Positions 27,725 to 39,500 of a DNA stretch of 64,000 nt are shown here, one piece after another. Within the stretch, counting starts at the first letter, position 1, and each line of letters starts with the position of its first letter. The position numbers and the translations under genes were made by a program. Where the stretch lies: the IMG/VR virus record IMGVR_UViG_3300031951_000028. One strand, written 5' to 3'. The stretch is from a virus. The notes under the pieces were generated by a model. It was not told the DNA's origin. It worked only from the letters and a program-made list of their open reading frames with translations, and made no database searches.

Positions 27725-29423
27725 TTTTTATAGCTCTTTTAACTACTAGACGCGCTCCAGCCCTAATAAATGGCAGTTTGCGCCTATCTGCTTCGCTCTT
27801 TAACCAATCTAAAATAGTTTCTATATTATTATTACACCATTCGCAGCCATTAATATTCATCATGGCGGCATATCTATTGCATGAGCAGTTAGGTGTAGCT
27901 TCTATTCCAAACATTTTAAGAACTTTTTTCAACTCAGTACCGGGCCCGATTTGAGGGTCCCATAAATAAATTGGTTTGGTTGGCCTATCTTCTTTCTGTT
28001 TAGAAAGCATTAATTGGCCAGAACCTTCAGAGTTTATTTCTGCAATAAACCACTCTGGATTCGCATCTACCCATTTCTTCACGTAAGCAATAAACTCAAC
28101 TCCACCAGAAGTGTAGTTATTGAATATAATTCTCTTTTGAGCCGAAGGTCCGGCCGCAGCTAAAAATGTATATAGATTAGTTTTATCCATTCCTAGTAAT
28201 AATAGTACATCTACAGGTTCGATTTTCTGAGGGCGTTTAAAACCAAATCTTAAATCTATTAGATTATCTTTTGGTTTAATATTTTCAATACGCTCTATAC
28301 TATTAGTATAAATCCAGTAAGTATCTGGTTTAGCTACTACTACAGGGATAGAATAATCTACAGTATCTCCAAACTCGCATACTGTTTTCATACCATCTAT
28401 CTTTGATTTTAACCAAGCAAGTTCTGGCCTGTTTTTAGATATTATATCATAGGCTTCTTCTAAAGTTAAAGGTGTTTTAGATTTGGTTTCCATTAATAAT
28501 TTTTCCCAATCCATTTCTTTAAATAAACCAGAACCAACAAAATGTTCTTTAACGGGTGTTAAATCTAACCCAAGCTCAGTGAAGCCAAGAATATAATTTC
28601 TTACTTTATTTTCTCTAGTTAGAGGATATTTAACTCCGCCCGGACGACCAAATCTATGCAACCATCTTAAAAATGGTAAACATATAGCTTTATGGCCTGC
28701 TTTTCTGAACTTCTCATGGATATAACCCTCTTCACCACCAAATCCGCGCATATCAGGATTAAACCCAAGCCACGCATGCTTCATACAAGTGAATAGACCT
28801 AATCCTTGTGCGGGAATTTCAAAAGGCTCTTCGTTGGGATCAGTAGCAAGTTCTTGATTAAACGTAAGTTTTTCTCCACAACTACATTTATTATCAACTA
28901 TAGTTTGAGGGTTTAACTCCATAGTACAAGCTTGGCCTTCATTATTCTTACTATAAATAACGCCGCATTTGCATTTATACGCACTACCCCAAGTGCCCCA
29001 CATTTCACTTCGCCAATATAAATTAAAGTGAGTGGCATAATTTTTTAAATTATCATAAAGCATTGGTCCAGAATATAAATTTTTAGTTTCTGGATCAGCG
29101 GTGTAAAATTCTATTAGTTTTTTAATAGCTTCTTTATCTAATAGAACATGACAGTCAATACATAGAACTGCATCGCCACTAGCTTCTTCAAACACCCTTT
29201 GTCTAGTTTGCGTAGTGCCGGTGCTTTCTTTCATTGCTATGTATTTAGCATTTGGCACCCAGCCCATAAATGATTTTACTGATTGGCCATGTGGCGAATC
29301 AGGAGAATTGTCAACCACTATAATTTCTACATCATTCAATTCATGATGCATTCTAAGTGATTGAATTGTAAAATAAACGCCGTCAAAATCCTCAAAATGA
29401 GCCATTCCAATTGTTAGTTTCAT
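27696..29423 (-). CDS. multi-domain GT2 glycosyltransferase
   Basis: IIVVDNS, LCIDCH, GFGGEEGY; degenerate methyltransferase-like middle; C-terminal GPGTEL..CSC domain. Confidence 0.8.
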   Translation of the reverse strand: MKLTIGMAHFEDFDGVYFTIQSLRMHHELNDVEIIVVDNSPDSPHGQSVKSFMGWVPNAKYIAMKESTGTTQTRQRVFEEASGDAVLCIDCHVLLDKEAIKKLIEFYTADPETKNLYSGPMLYDNLKNYATHFNLYWRSEMWGTWGSAYKCKCGVIYSKNNEGQACTMELNPQTIVDNKCSCGEKLTFNQELATDPNEEPFEIPAQGLGLFTCMKHAWLGFNPDMRGFGGEEGYIHEKFRKAGHKAICLPFLRWLHRFGRPGGVKYPLTRENKVRNYILGFTELGLDLTPVKEHFVGSGLFKEMDWEKLLMETKSKTPLTLEEAYDIISKNRPELAWLKSKIDGMKTVCEFGDTVDYSIPVVVAKPDTYWIYTNSIERIENIKPKDNLIDLRFGFKRPQKIEPVDVLLLLGMDKTNLYTFLAAAGPSAQKRIIFNNYTSGGVEFIAYVKKWVDANPEWFIAEINSEGSGQLMLSKQKEDRPTKPIYLWDPQIGPGTELKKVLKMFGIEATPNCSCNRYAAMMNINGCEWCNNNIETILDWLKSEADRRKLPFIRAGARLVVKRAIKNAEKILRQN

Positions 29424-29460
29424 AATATCCTCTATCTTTTATCTTAAAACACTATCTTGT

Positions 29461-32316
29461 TTATGGAGGGGTTGTAGTGGTTGTAGTAGGAGTCGCGCAT
29501 GGTAGGCTTGAAGGCCCTTCACAAGGCGATCCAATTACTCCGTATGGACACAGGCATTGAATTAATGTGCCAGCTACGCAATTACTGCTATCCAAATAAT
29601 ATTGATTAAATTCATTACATAAATAATTACATGATCCTGTACATGGTCCGTAACACACATCACAATCTGTTGCTGCTCCTTGCCATATACCTCCATTAGC
29701 TATACAGTTAGCTTCAGTAGTTTGTGTACAGCTATCTACTGGATAACCACAACAAGCGCCTTCTGGACCAGCTGTAGTGGTTGTAGTAGGAGCGGCTGTT
29801 GTAGTAGTGGTAGGTGCCGCAGTTGTTGTCGTGGTTGTAGTAGTTGTAGTTGTAGTTGCTGGAGGTTCTCCCGCGCATTCTGGATCTATAGCCCCAGAAC
29901 AAGTTTCGCCTTCTGTCCAAGTACCAGATACTAAATTACAATGCGCCTCAGAGACATATTGACAATTATCTGTTGTCCAAGGAAGATTATAACAACATCT
30001 TCCACAAGGTGGTGGGCAACTTTCAACACAAGTTTCTCCTGGGTGCCATGCTCCACTAACAGCATTACATTGTGCTAATGTATAACCTTCAATACATTCT
30101 CCACATTCACCAGCTAAAACAATGTTAAAACAACAAGCGCCAGTAGGTGCTGAGGTTGTTGTTGTGCTTGTTGTAGTACTATTAGTAGTATCGCATCTAA
30201 AATATAAGCTTTGTGCTGGAAAACACGGTCCTCTAGCGTCTGGACAAGGACATCCTACATCACAAGTATCAGAACTTTTAACCCAAACTCCAGCCCAGCA
30301 AAAATAGTAACAACCTCCATTACAAGGAGCTGAAGTAGTGCTAGTAGTAGTTGAATTACAGCATTCCCAACAAGGATCTGGAGTCGTAGTCGGTTCAAGA
30401 GTGGTTGTAGTATTTAACGGTATACATGGACTAAAAGTTTTTACACAATCTTGTAACTCAGTTGGTTGTGGACAATAACACCTGTCACCATTAGGCGCTG
30501 GCGATGCACAATTTTGCACTGACAAGCAAATACCATAGCCAGGAATTTTTAACCACATGCAACCACCACCACAGCCTGGAGGCGCTATAGTTGTTGTAGT
30601 AGTAGCCGGTAATCTGTCACAGTCTGAAGTGTATGTATCACAAAAATCATTAGGTACACGATCAGGAGGTGTACATGTACATAGTTCAGTAGTTAAACCA
30701 CCTATAGGACAATCATTATGTACAACGGCCCATGTTCTACCAGTATACCAACAATCTATATAAACCCATTCGCAATTTCCCTCGCATGGAGCTTCTGTTG
30801 TTGTTGTAGTAGTACTACCAGGATGAATAGTGGTAGTTGTTGTTGTATAACTTCCACAGTCACATGGTGGACATGTAGTAGTAGTACAATTAGGAGGCTC
30901 GCCTGGATTATATTCTGTACAAGATGTTGTAGTTTTTTGTCCAGTAAAAGTGGGACAGAATATTGGTTGAACACATTCACAATCACCAGGTGCTGGTGTA
31001 GTTGTAGTAGTGCTAGTTGTACTAGTAGTTGTTGTTTGTGATGGATTACAATCTATAGTAGTAGTTGTAGTACTAGTGGTTGTTGGCCCATCTGTTGTTG
31101 TAGTAGTAGTGCTAGTAGTTGTAGTACTTGTAGTAGTTGTAGTGGTGCCTTCACCACATGTATCACTTAATAATGTCCATGTTTTTCCATCATTAGATAT
31201 CCATTCACAAGAGCCTGTGCATTTAGTTGGATATACTGGTGATAGTGTTGTTGTTGTGGTAGTTGACTCTATAGTTTCATAGCCATTTAATACCCAATAC
31301 TCACAAGCATCAGTATCCCAATAGCAGATGACATGATCGCCGCCTTCATAAGCCTCATTTGTTTTGTTATTTACAACTATATTATTAGTACTATCTAAAT
31401 AAATAGTGTTTCCATCACTGTCCCATAATGCAGAGCCTTTATCTTGATAAGCATTAGCTGAGCCGCCTACAGCCAAATCTTCTTTAAGAGTCGCGCTAAT
31501 CATTTTATAAGCAGGTCTAGCAGTCCAAACTCTTCTGCTTCTATCCCACACTAAATCTACCGGGCCTACTGGCCAAGTTTTTGATTTTTTAAGCCAATTA
31601 TCTAAGAACTGATCTTTTAAATTTTGTGTAGTAAATATACCGCTTTCGGCATCTTCTTCTGTATCAGAAGCATTTGGCACTGGTTTTCCATCTGTATCAT
31701 AACCCCATCCTTGAATAACCATTGGGCCTTTAAAAGCGAAAAATCTATAATCTTCAGAATACGGATCTCCACTATTTAATTCTGTTACTATAGATGAAAT
31801 ATGGCTGTTAATTCCTGTATCAGCGTCCCCATCTCTAGCTATAATATCAAAATCATGGCCGCTTTGATATCCATAAGTAAAATCTGCTGGATTGGTTAGC
31901 GGGTTTAAATAATCAGCAGTGATTAGTATATCATAACTAGATAAACTTCCACTATCATAAGTAATAGGCGGTTGAGCGCCTCTAGGAGCGTGTTGCGAGC
32001 AATTTTCGCATTCAATTGGTTGAGCAAATCTAGGAAGCCCGCCACTACCGTGTAAAGATACTGGCCTAAAAATGCCATCTAATGACATTGCGGCTTTTTC
32101 ATCCCAGTCTGAAGCCATTTCCTCTCTTAAAGTCGAGGCGTTTGCTATAACTACAGTAGCCGCGTCTTCTGTTTGGCCAGTATCTCTAGGGTTCCATATG
32201 CCTATAATAACTTCACTATAGGCTAATGGCGAGCGTTGTGTGCTTTTATTTTCTCGATTTCTTCTATCGTGCGGTTTATTGCCGCCTTTTGTGAAATCAT
32301 TAAACCCTTTACTCAC
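29461..32316 (-). CDS. Cys/Thr-rich (mucin-like) putative tail-associated protein
   Basis: Globular N-terminal ~350 aa, then poly-Thr tracts alternating with small Cys-rich modules; GTG start overlaps upstream TAG. Confidence 0.75.
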   Translation of the reverse strand: MSKGFNDFTKGGNKPHDRRNRENKSTQRSPLAYSEVIIGIWNPRDTGQTEDAATVVIANASTLREEMASDWDEKAAMSLDGIFRPVSLHGSGGLPRFAQPIECENCSQHAPRGAQPPITYDSGSLSSYDILITADYLNPLTNPADFTYGYQSGHDFDIIARDGDADTGINSHISSIVTELNSGDPYSEDYRFFAFKGPMVIQGWGYDTDGKPVPNASDTEEDAESGIFTTQNLKDQFLDNWLKKSKTWPVGPVDLVWDRSRRVWTARPAYKMISATLKEDLAVGGSANAYQDKGSALWDSDGNTIYLDSTNNIVVNNKTNEAYEGGDHVICYWDTDACEYWVLNGYETIESTTTTTTLSPVYPTKCTGSCEWISNDGKTWTLLSDTCGEGTTTTTTSTTTTSTTTTTTDGPTTTSTTTTTIDCNPSQTTTTSTTSTTTTTPAPGDCECVQPIFCPTFTGQKTTTSCTEYNPGEPPNCTTTTCPPCDCGSYTTTTTTIHPGSTTTTTTEAPCEGNCEWVYIDCWYTGRTWAVVHNDCPIGGLTTELCTCTPPDRVPNDFCDTYTSDCDRLPATTTTTIAPPGCGGGCMWLKIPGYGICLSVQNCASPAPNGDRCYCPQPTELQDCVKTFSPCIPLNTTTTLEPTTTPDPCWECCNSTTTSTTSAPCNGGCYYFCWAGVWVKSSDTCDVGCPCPDARGPCFPAQSLYFRCDTTNSTTTSTTTTSAPTGACCFNIVLAGECGECIEGYTLAQCNAVSGAWHPGETCVESCPPPCGRCCYNLPWTTDNCQYVSEAHCNLVSGTWTEGETCSGAIDPECAGEPPATTTTTTTTTTTTAAPTTTTTAAPTTTTTAGPEGACCGYPVDSCTQTTEANCIANGGIWQGAATDCDVCYGPCTGSCNYLCNEFNQYYLDSSNCVAGTLIQCLCPYGVIGSPCEGPSSLPCATPTTTTTTPP

Positions 32317-35087
32317 TATTTCTGCCCTGTACCAAATTTATTGAATAATTCTTGTCTTATATTTCCTATCTCTTTAACTCTATCTATTTTAGCTTTAGCG
32401 AAACGTCTAAAGCCTTTAGTATAAAGTTGGAAAACATAAGTGGTGGTAATGCCATCAGCACCGTAATTAATATTCATACTAGATATAATAGGTCCTAAAG
32501 TACCGGTCCATCCTACGGCCATTAAATCTACTGTACCCCAAGTTATTCCTGGAAAACTTAAAGAACTATTAGAAGTCATTGTCCTAGTGGCTATAATTCT
32601 CTGGCCCGCAATATAGCCAGAACCATTAAAAGCCATCATTTCCTCGCCTAATCTTCCTTTTGGTATCCCCGGAACTGTTATTGTTCCACTTTGACTCTTA
32701 TACATTGTAGATACACCAAAAGTGACTTGGTCCAAGGCAGCAGCATTCAAAGCTGTCATACTCCCAAAATTCCATGGAGTTAAGCTATAATCGCTATTTA
32801 CAGCTGTTGGGCCAGAGCCGTTGCCAAAATACCAAGGTCCATAAACTTCTTCATTATTAGTTAAAGCAACTGTCGCTGCGCTAGGAGTTCTTGGTCTACG
32901 AGCGCTCCATAAACTAACTGTAGAACCGCCAACACTTCTAACGCTTGGGTCTGCTTCTTGCTGAGCTTGTCTTAATATTGGGTTTGTGCCATCTATAACT
33001 TTACCATTTCTATTCCATAAATCGAATTGACCTTTTTCATTTATGGATTGCGGCAATTCTATAACTACTCTTGGGTCTGTTAAATTAGCAGCATCTCCAA
33101 ACACGAACTGAGATTGTGTAGAGCATTTAGCCCATAAAATACCGTAATTGCCAGAATTAAAGTCTACATAACCATATTGGTCTTCATCTAAATTTTTAAA
33201 ATCTATAGTTTGACCACTATCATATCTGACAAATGGCCTAATTCTACCATCGCCCAATCTAAAGAAATCCATAGCTACAGAAGTAGTGTCTATACCTAAT
33301 AAATTAAAAAACTCAGTTCCACTATCTTCATTCCAACCGCCATCAGATACACTTCTACTAAAAGTAATTTCTCCAGTATCAGGGTCTCTTTTAGCACATA
33401 GCCAAGGTATTCTTACTTGGAACTTTTTACCATAATAATTTGATGCTAAATCTAAAACCCAGTTATACAATAAGTCTTCATCATTTTCTATAAGATTTTG
33501 TAAATCTTGGGCTGTTTTTACTTTCTTTAAATTTAAATAATGAAAGGGTTTTAGTATTTGATTTGCTACCGCTGGGCTATTATTCATTACGGTCATCCAA
33601 TGAGCCATATCCCATAAACCTAATTGTGAGGTAGCATTACCTACAGAATGAACTGCTCTCAATAACTGCGCGGTTGGCCTATTATGAGTAAAAACATAAC
33701 TTTTCCAAGACTCTTCTCCATCTAAAGCAGCTATTAGTTCATATTCTTCTAACTCTATATAATCTGGCACGTTCAATACTACTGTTTGATATTTTAAGGC
33801 TGCAGTATTAGCATCAAAATATACAGTAACAGGATCTGAAGTCATAGTTTTGGCGTCTAAATTCAAATCAACACCATTTGGTGTACACCAATCTATTCCA
33901 CGACTCATTAACACATTACCATTATTATCTAGACCCCAATAAGGTTGTATAAAATCATCACTTAAATCATAATTGTATATATCTACTTCTTCAAACTCTT
34001 GAGTTGTAGGATTCCAATACTCTCCAGTTGTTTCAGAATAACCATTTGTCCCGCGCACATTTTCAACATAATACATTTGCTCTTTTCTAGGACCAAGTGT
34101 AAAATTATTAAAAGTGCCAATTCTTAATTCTTCCCCTACATTGGCAGATATTCTTCCGCACCCGCTATTATAAGAATCTAAAAATTGCGCAAGGGTATAG
34201 CTAGTGATTGGGCCAGTTCTATCTATAGTTCTTATTTTTATAAATTTATAGACAGTATTATCTTCACATACAGGAATTAGTTCTACCATAAACTCCATAC
34301 CAGCATCTTCAATCACTTGAGAAATCATATCCCCAAGTATTGCTGATTGCCCCTCAAATCTATAATAATCTGGAGCTATAGGCACCTCTGATATATCTAA
34401 TATATATCCTACATCATCTTCTCTTATTAAACCAAAACCACCACTTAGCCCAGGGATGAATTTAATTCTATTATTTTGTAAAAAATTAGATGTTGGAATT
34501 GATCCAGTATTAGCAACTAACCCACTAAGTAACACTACAGCGGTTCTAATCTTTACCCAAGGCATGCCTTTACCATAATTAGACGCGCCACCAAAAGACG
34601 CGCACGCCTGATATTCCCATAGCCCATAAGCATTAATAACATTAGGAACTGTAAAAGTGCCACCTTTATAATCATCTAAAATAACAGAGATGGAATTTAG
34701 TATATCTGTTGGGGCAGAAATATCTACAGTATAAATATTTAAACCGCCTGTACTATCATCTTTACTTACTTTTTGCACTATTCCTGAAAATTCAAAATCT
34801 CCATGTTTAAAGCAAACAGGGACGCCAATAAGATTCTGAGACTCGCCAATAAAACCTGGGTCAGCACCTGTCCACTCTTGTGTTTGAAAACATTCATCTA
34901 AATATAATTTAGGTAAATTTTCTGGACATACCGCTTTTGGATCTTCAACTAATACTACTGTTACGTTACCGCCTCCACCGAGCGCTTGCATGTCACCAGA
35001 AAAGCTTTTAACACTCAATCCTAAAAACAACCACTGGCGCGGGCATGAATCCGCACACGGCGTACAATTTACATAAGGTCCAGGCAT
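32316..35087 (-). CDS. putative tail hub/tip protein
   Basis: 923 aa, second gene downstream of tape measure; positional call. Confidence 0.55.
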   Translation of the reverse strand: MPGPYVNCTPCADSCPRQWLFLGLSVKSFSGDMQALGGGGNVTVVLVEDPKAVCPENLPKLYLDECFQTQEWTGADPGFIGESQNLIGVPVCFKHGDFEFSGIVQKVSKDDSTGGLNIYTVDISAPTDILNSISVILDDYKGGTFTVPNVINAYGLWEYQACASFGGASNYGKGMPWVKIRTAVVLLSGLVANTGSIPTSNFLQNNRIKFIPGLSGGFGLIREDDVGYILDISEVPIAPDYYRFEGQSAILGDMISQVIEDAGMEFMVELIPVCEDNTVYKFIKIRTIDRTGPITSYTLAQFLDSYNSGCGRISANVGEELRIGTFNNFTLGPRKEQMYYVENVRGTNGYSETTGEYWNPTTQEFEEVDIYNYDLSDDFIQPYWGLDNNGNVLMSRGIDWCTPNGVDLNLDAKTMTSDPVTVYFDANTAALKYQTVVLNVPDYIELEEYELIAALDGEESWKSYVFTHNRPTAQLLRAVHSVGNATSQLGLWDMAHWMTVMNNSPAVANQILKPFHYLNLKKVKTAQDLQNLIENDEDLLYNWVLDLASNYYGKKFQVRIPWLCAKRDPDTGEITFSRSVSDGGWNEDSGTEFFNLLGIDTTSVAMDFFRLGDGRIRPFVRYDSGQTIDFKNLDEDQYGYVDFNSGNYGILWAKCSTQSQFVFGDAANLTDPRVVIELPQSINEKGQFDLWNRNGKVIDGTNPILRQAQQEADPSVRSVGGSTVSLWSARRPRTPSAATVALTNNEEVYGPWYFGNGSGPTAVNSDYSLTPWNFGSMTALNAAALDQVTFGVSTMYKSQSGTITVPGIPKGRLGEEMMAFNGSGYIAGQRIIATRTMTSNSSLSFPGITWGTVDLMAVGWTGTLGPIISSMNINYGADGITTTYVFQLYTKGFRRFAKAKIDRVKEIGNIRQELFNKFGTGQK

Positions 35088-35088
35088 C

Positions 35089-36582
35089 TTATCCTACTCC
35101 AGTACAACAATCTGAGAATGAAAAGGAGATACTTCTAGAGTAAGCTCCAGTTTTTGGGTTCCAACTTTCCTGATCTACATCTGTATACACCGAATCATAC
35201 TGTCCAGTTAAATAATCATACCAATCATTAATTAAGTCATCTAATGTTGGTTTTGCTGGGCTAGTAATAAAACCACTATCTCCAGGGCAAAGCTTACCAC
35301 AATCTAATACTAAAGTTGCATTTATAGTTTTACTACCTTTAGTTTTGATTCCTAAACATTGTAAAATAGGGCAAGGCCTGCCTAAAATTTGCAGCTCTGC
35401 ATAAACATCTGTTGGATATTGATCTGTAACATCAATACTTTCATTTAATATCGTACAACCTGAAGGTGCTTCTAAACAGAAATTATCTGTTTCATAACTT
35501 GCTGCATAGGTTATTTGGCCAGCTACAGGAGAATGGGTGTGTGAAAATGTTGTGTAAACTGGTGTTAAACTTTCACCAGATATTGTTTGGCATCTTGTAT
35601 GTAAAATACCGCTAGTATAACCCCAATATTCTAGCGCGCTTTCATATTTATTTTTAGTAATAGTATAGCAATTGCCGCTGTAATAACCACTCTCATAACC
35701 AACGATTGTACCTTGAACACTAATATTTCTAAGGCGACTATCTCTTGATGCTTGAATATCTACAGTAAAATCTTCTCTTGCGCTGTAAATATCTCCAGTA
35801 TTTTGTGCTAATACCCAAGTTTCTGTGACTGAATACTCTCCAGCTGTAACACCAATTGAATTCGTTCTTATATGATTAAATAAATCATAAGAACCTATAC
35901 AACCACCGCCTACATTAGTATTATACCATATTCCAGTATCCCATCCTAAAGCGCTTTCTACTTTATCTTTAGCTATCTTCCATCCTTCTACAAAAGAGAT
36001 ATCTCCAGTTGTACAAGTGTCTTTAGCTTGCGCTCTTACATTGTGTGTTATATTAAAAGTGCGTTTAGGACTTAGCTCCCCGGCAATATTAAAAAAGTTT
36101 TGCTCTACATCTAAAATTATATCCCAGCTTTCATCATAGCTAGTTATAGACGAGTCTACACAACATGTAATATCTGGAGAAGATATGCTATTAGTCTCTA
36201 GTTCTATTGTATATGGTAATGAAAAGACCATATTGTCTGGACTTTGCTGAAAAGATATATTTAATACTCTACAGCAAGCTTTAAATATCTCATCACCATC
36301 GCACTCTATTAATAGATCGCCGTCGCAGTTAAAAGTATCTAATAAAGTTTTTTTGGCTTCCATTATATTAGATATGCCGGCAGCAGTATCTACATTTAAT
36401 GGAGGAAAAGCTGTTGGGTCTGGTCTTAAAATTAAACCTTGCAAACTAATAGTATATCCACACCCAATCTGCATTCCAGCTTGTGTTCTAGATATTTGTT
36501 TTGCTATAGATGTAATTAATGGACTCGGTGTTACCGGGGTTCCATTATAATATAGTATAACTGCTTGATTTTCTATTGGCAT
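35089..36582 (-). CDS. putative distal tail protein (Cys-rich)
   Basis: Immediately downstream of tape measure; beta-rich appearance; positional call. Confidence 0.55.
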   Translation of the reverse strand: MPIENQAVILYYNGTPVTPSPLITSIAKQISRTQAGMQIGCGYTISLQGLILRPDPTAFPPLNVDTAAGISNIMEAKKTLLDTFNCDGDLLIECDGDEIFKACCRVLNISFQQSPDNMVFSLPYTIELETNSISSPDITCCVDSSITSYDESWDIILDVEQNFFNIAGELSPKRTFNITHNVRAQAKDTCTTGDISFVEGWKIAKDKVESALGWDTGIWYNTNVGGGCIGSYDLFNHIRTNSIGVTAGEYSVTETWVLAQNTGDIYSAREDFTVDIQASRDSRLRNISVQGTIVGYESGYYSGNCYTITKNKYESALEYWGYTSGILHTRCQTISGESLTPVYTTFSHTHSPVAGQITYAASYETDNFCLEAPSGCTILNESIDVTDQYPTDVYAELQILGRPCPILQCLGIKTKGSKTINATLVLDCGKLCPGDSGFITSPAKPTLDDLINDWYDYLTGQYDSVYTDVDQESWNPKTGAYSRSISFSFSDCCTGVG

Positions 36583-36591
36583 CTTAAATCC

Positions 36592-39500
36592 TTAACTTAG
36601 TTTTGAATAATTCATATTATTTGCGGTGGCAAAATCACTCAAAGCTTTATCTACTACGCTTTGGACGCTAGCTAAGACTGCATCATTTGCCCCGCCTCCT
36701 CCGCCTCCAGTAACAGCTCCAGTAACAGTAACATTTCCTTCTATATTAACTTTAGCAGAAGCTAGTAAACTGGCCGCTTTTTCAAAAGTTTGAGCGGCTG
36801 CTATAGCTGGTTCAAAATTAATACTACCAAAATCAATTTTACCTAATTGTTGTACGCTTTCGTTGAGACTATTAAACGCGTTTGATATATCAGTGATTAC
36901 TTGTTTATCTTGGTCATTAAAGTATTGAGCCGCTTCTTCATTAGTTTTTAAAGCTTTTTCTAATTGATCTTTTTCTGGAGCGGTCGCGGCAACCTCATCT
37001 GTTCTTAAAGCAAGTTCGCTAATTTTTTTACCTTCGAACTCATAACCACTAGTATCTACACCTAATCTTTCGGTAGCCTTACCAAACTTATCTAAAGCTC
37101 TTCTAGCTTTTCTAGCCTGTCTAGAATCTCCACTTTGCTCTGCATTAGCTAGTTGTTCTTCTAAACGTTTCTTGATTTCACCTCTGTCAATATCAGATAA
37201 ATTACTAATATTTCCACCGGCTTGGAATTGTTGTAATGAAGCATCTCCACGAGCATCAGCAGTCCCTAAAAGAACTTGCTTTTCTAATTCTTCAGCTTTT
37301 TTAGGATCTTTCTGTCTTTCATTCTCAATTGCTGCAGATAAACTACCTCTTTCTTCTTCTGTTAATTGACTGTAGTTTATTTGTCCAGTTTCTAAAGCTT
37401 TAAGTGCCTGCTGTCTTTTTTGTATTTGCTCTCTTTGTTGGTCTGAACCTAAAGCAAATTCCAGAGCTCCCTTTCTATCAACCGCTCTTGCTCTTAGTCT
37501 CTCTTCAAATTTAGTTAAAGCTAAAGCCGCATCTGCTGTATTAGTACTTAATACATTCATTGCCGCATCAACTGCTTTTATCTCAGTTGTAAGATTTGCC
37601 ATCTCTTGCTGAGCATTTTTATTATTTATATCTAATTCATTTCTACGCTCTTCAAGTTTACTCTTTCTGTCTGTAAGTTCTTGAACAGAATAGTCTTGTC
37701 CAGTAGATTTATTAACACCTACTAAGTTTCTAACTTCTTGATTTTTTAAATCTACTTGTCGAGCTGCTAAATCAGTTGCTGTTGCTCCACTTAATGAGGC
37801 GTACTGATCTCTAAATTGAGCTGATTGTCTAACTGGATTAAATCTATTCTTTCTAGCTGTTAAACGAGCATCTGAATACTGATTCATTAATTGGACGCGC
37901 TGTCCAGTTAATTGATCTGCTGCTTGTGCTGCTTGTAATACTGTACCTTGATCTTCTGAAACTGTATCGTCAATAACTTTTTGAAAATCGCCAACTCTAA
38001 GTTTATCAGCGACTACATCTTCATTAGTACTTGTATTTCCAAGAATAGTTTGACTAAAACCTTCTCTTAATTTTTGGGCTTTTGTTGAATCATTTTCTAA
38101 ATTTCTAGATATAAAATTTTCTAAAACTTTTTTAGATGCGGATGTTACATCACGACCGCTTGTTCCAATTTCTTTTTGGACTAAATCATTAAAATTCTGG
38201 CCAAAATCTTGTACTGTCCCAACTTCATCTGCCAATTTAGCCACTCTACTACCTTTACCAAAAACACTTTTAAGTTGTTCTTGGGCTTTATCTTTTGTAG
38301 CTTGGTCATAACCACCTCTATTACCTAATACTTGAGCTATGTTTGTAGCTCTACCAGCAGATGTTAAATCCCCAGTTCTTCTTGCTTGCGCCTGCTCTTG
38401 AAAATTAGCTATATTAAAACTTGAGGCGTCAGTAATAGCTTGAATTTTTGGAGCTATACTTTTTCTATTGTAAAATTCTTGTTCAGTTAAATCTTGTACT
38501 TTATCAGAAGATTGTTTTAATTGATTATCTATATCAAGTTGTTTTAGTCCAAGATTATTTCTATTTTCTAATTCTTTCTTTGTGGAATCAAATGTATCTG
38601 CATATTTATTATATCTTTGTCTCTTAATTTTTTTAGTTTTACCAGTGCTAGGGTCAAAAAAATCAAATTCATCTTCTCTAGATGTAAATTTTTTAATTAA
38701 TTCATCTGTAGACAATTCTTGATTTTCTGCTTGCGATCTAAACGCGTCAAAAGCTGCTACGCCTTCAGTGCCTATATTGCCAAAAAATTCACTTTGTAAT
38801 TGCAATTTATCTACAGAGCCTACTCGCTCTTCTGCTTTTTTTAATCTTTCTTGATCTCTTACACTAAAACTGGCGCTGCCTTGCGTAAATCTTTTCTTTC
38901 TAAGAAGAGCTATTTCATTTCTATCGACATCAGCTTGTCGTGTTAGTTCTGGCAACTGCTCATCTAATTTACCAATATAGTCTCCAGTGATTTGTTTCGC
39001 AATACCAATATCTTCATCTCTGCTTTCATAATATCTTTCTAAAGCTCTATCTGAATAACTTTTCCCCCGTCCAACACCAGTTAAATTTGAAAAAGCGGTA
39101 GTATATGTACTTCCAGAAAGAGGATTAACAAAATCTTTTACTTGTTGTATAGCTATCCCAGTATCATCTAAAACATCATTTTTAGTAGTAAAGGATAAAT
39201 CCGCTCCTAGTTGTCCAGTATTTAATAGCGCTTGTTGTAATTGATTTTTATCATAGGAGGCTCCTGGAATACCTATATCAAAACCAAATGTTTCTTTATA
39301 ATTATTAGCACTCCCACTTCTAGAAAAATTATCAAATTGTTTCTGTAAGCCGCCATAATTACGATCTTTAACACTAGTCGTAATTTGATCAGCAAGCTGT
39401 GTTTTTTGTAAATCTTGTTGTCTTTTAATAGCTTGATTTCTTAATTCAAAAATACTTATCCCAGCACCAGCTATTCCACCAGCTATTGCGCCGGGTATAC

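Noticed and set aside
29680-31282. Val-rich plus-strand ORFs
   Set aside because: Antisense shadows of poly-Thr codons
32300-32345. Frameshift or readthrough fusing the 923-aa and 951-aa tail genes
   Set aside because: No slippery site seen, and TAG is followed by an in-frame TGA; the TAGTG overlap fits ordinary coupling
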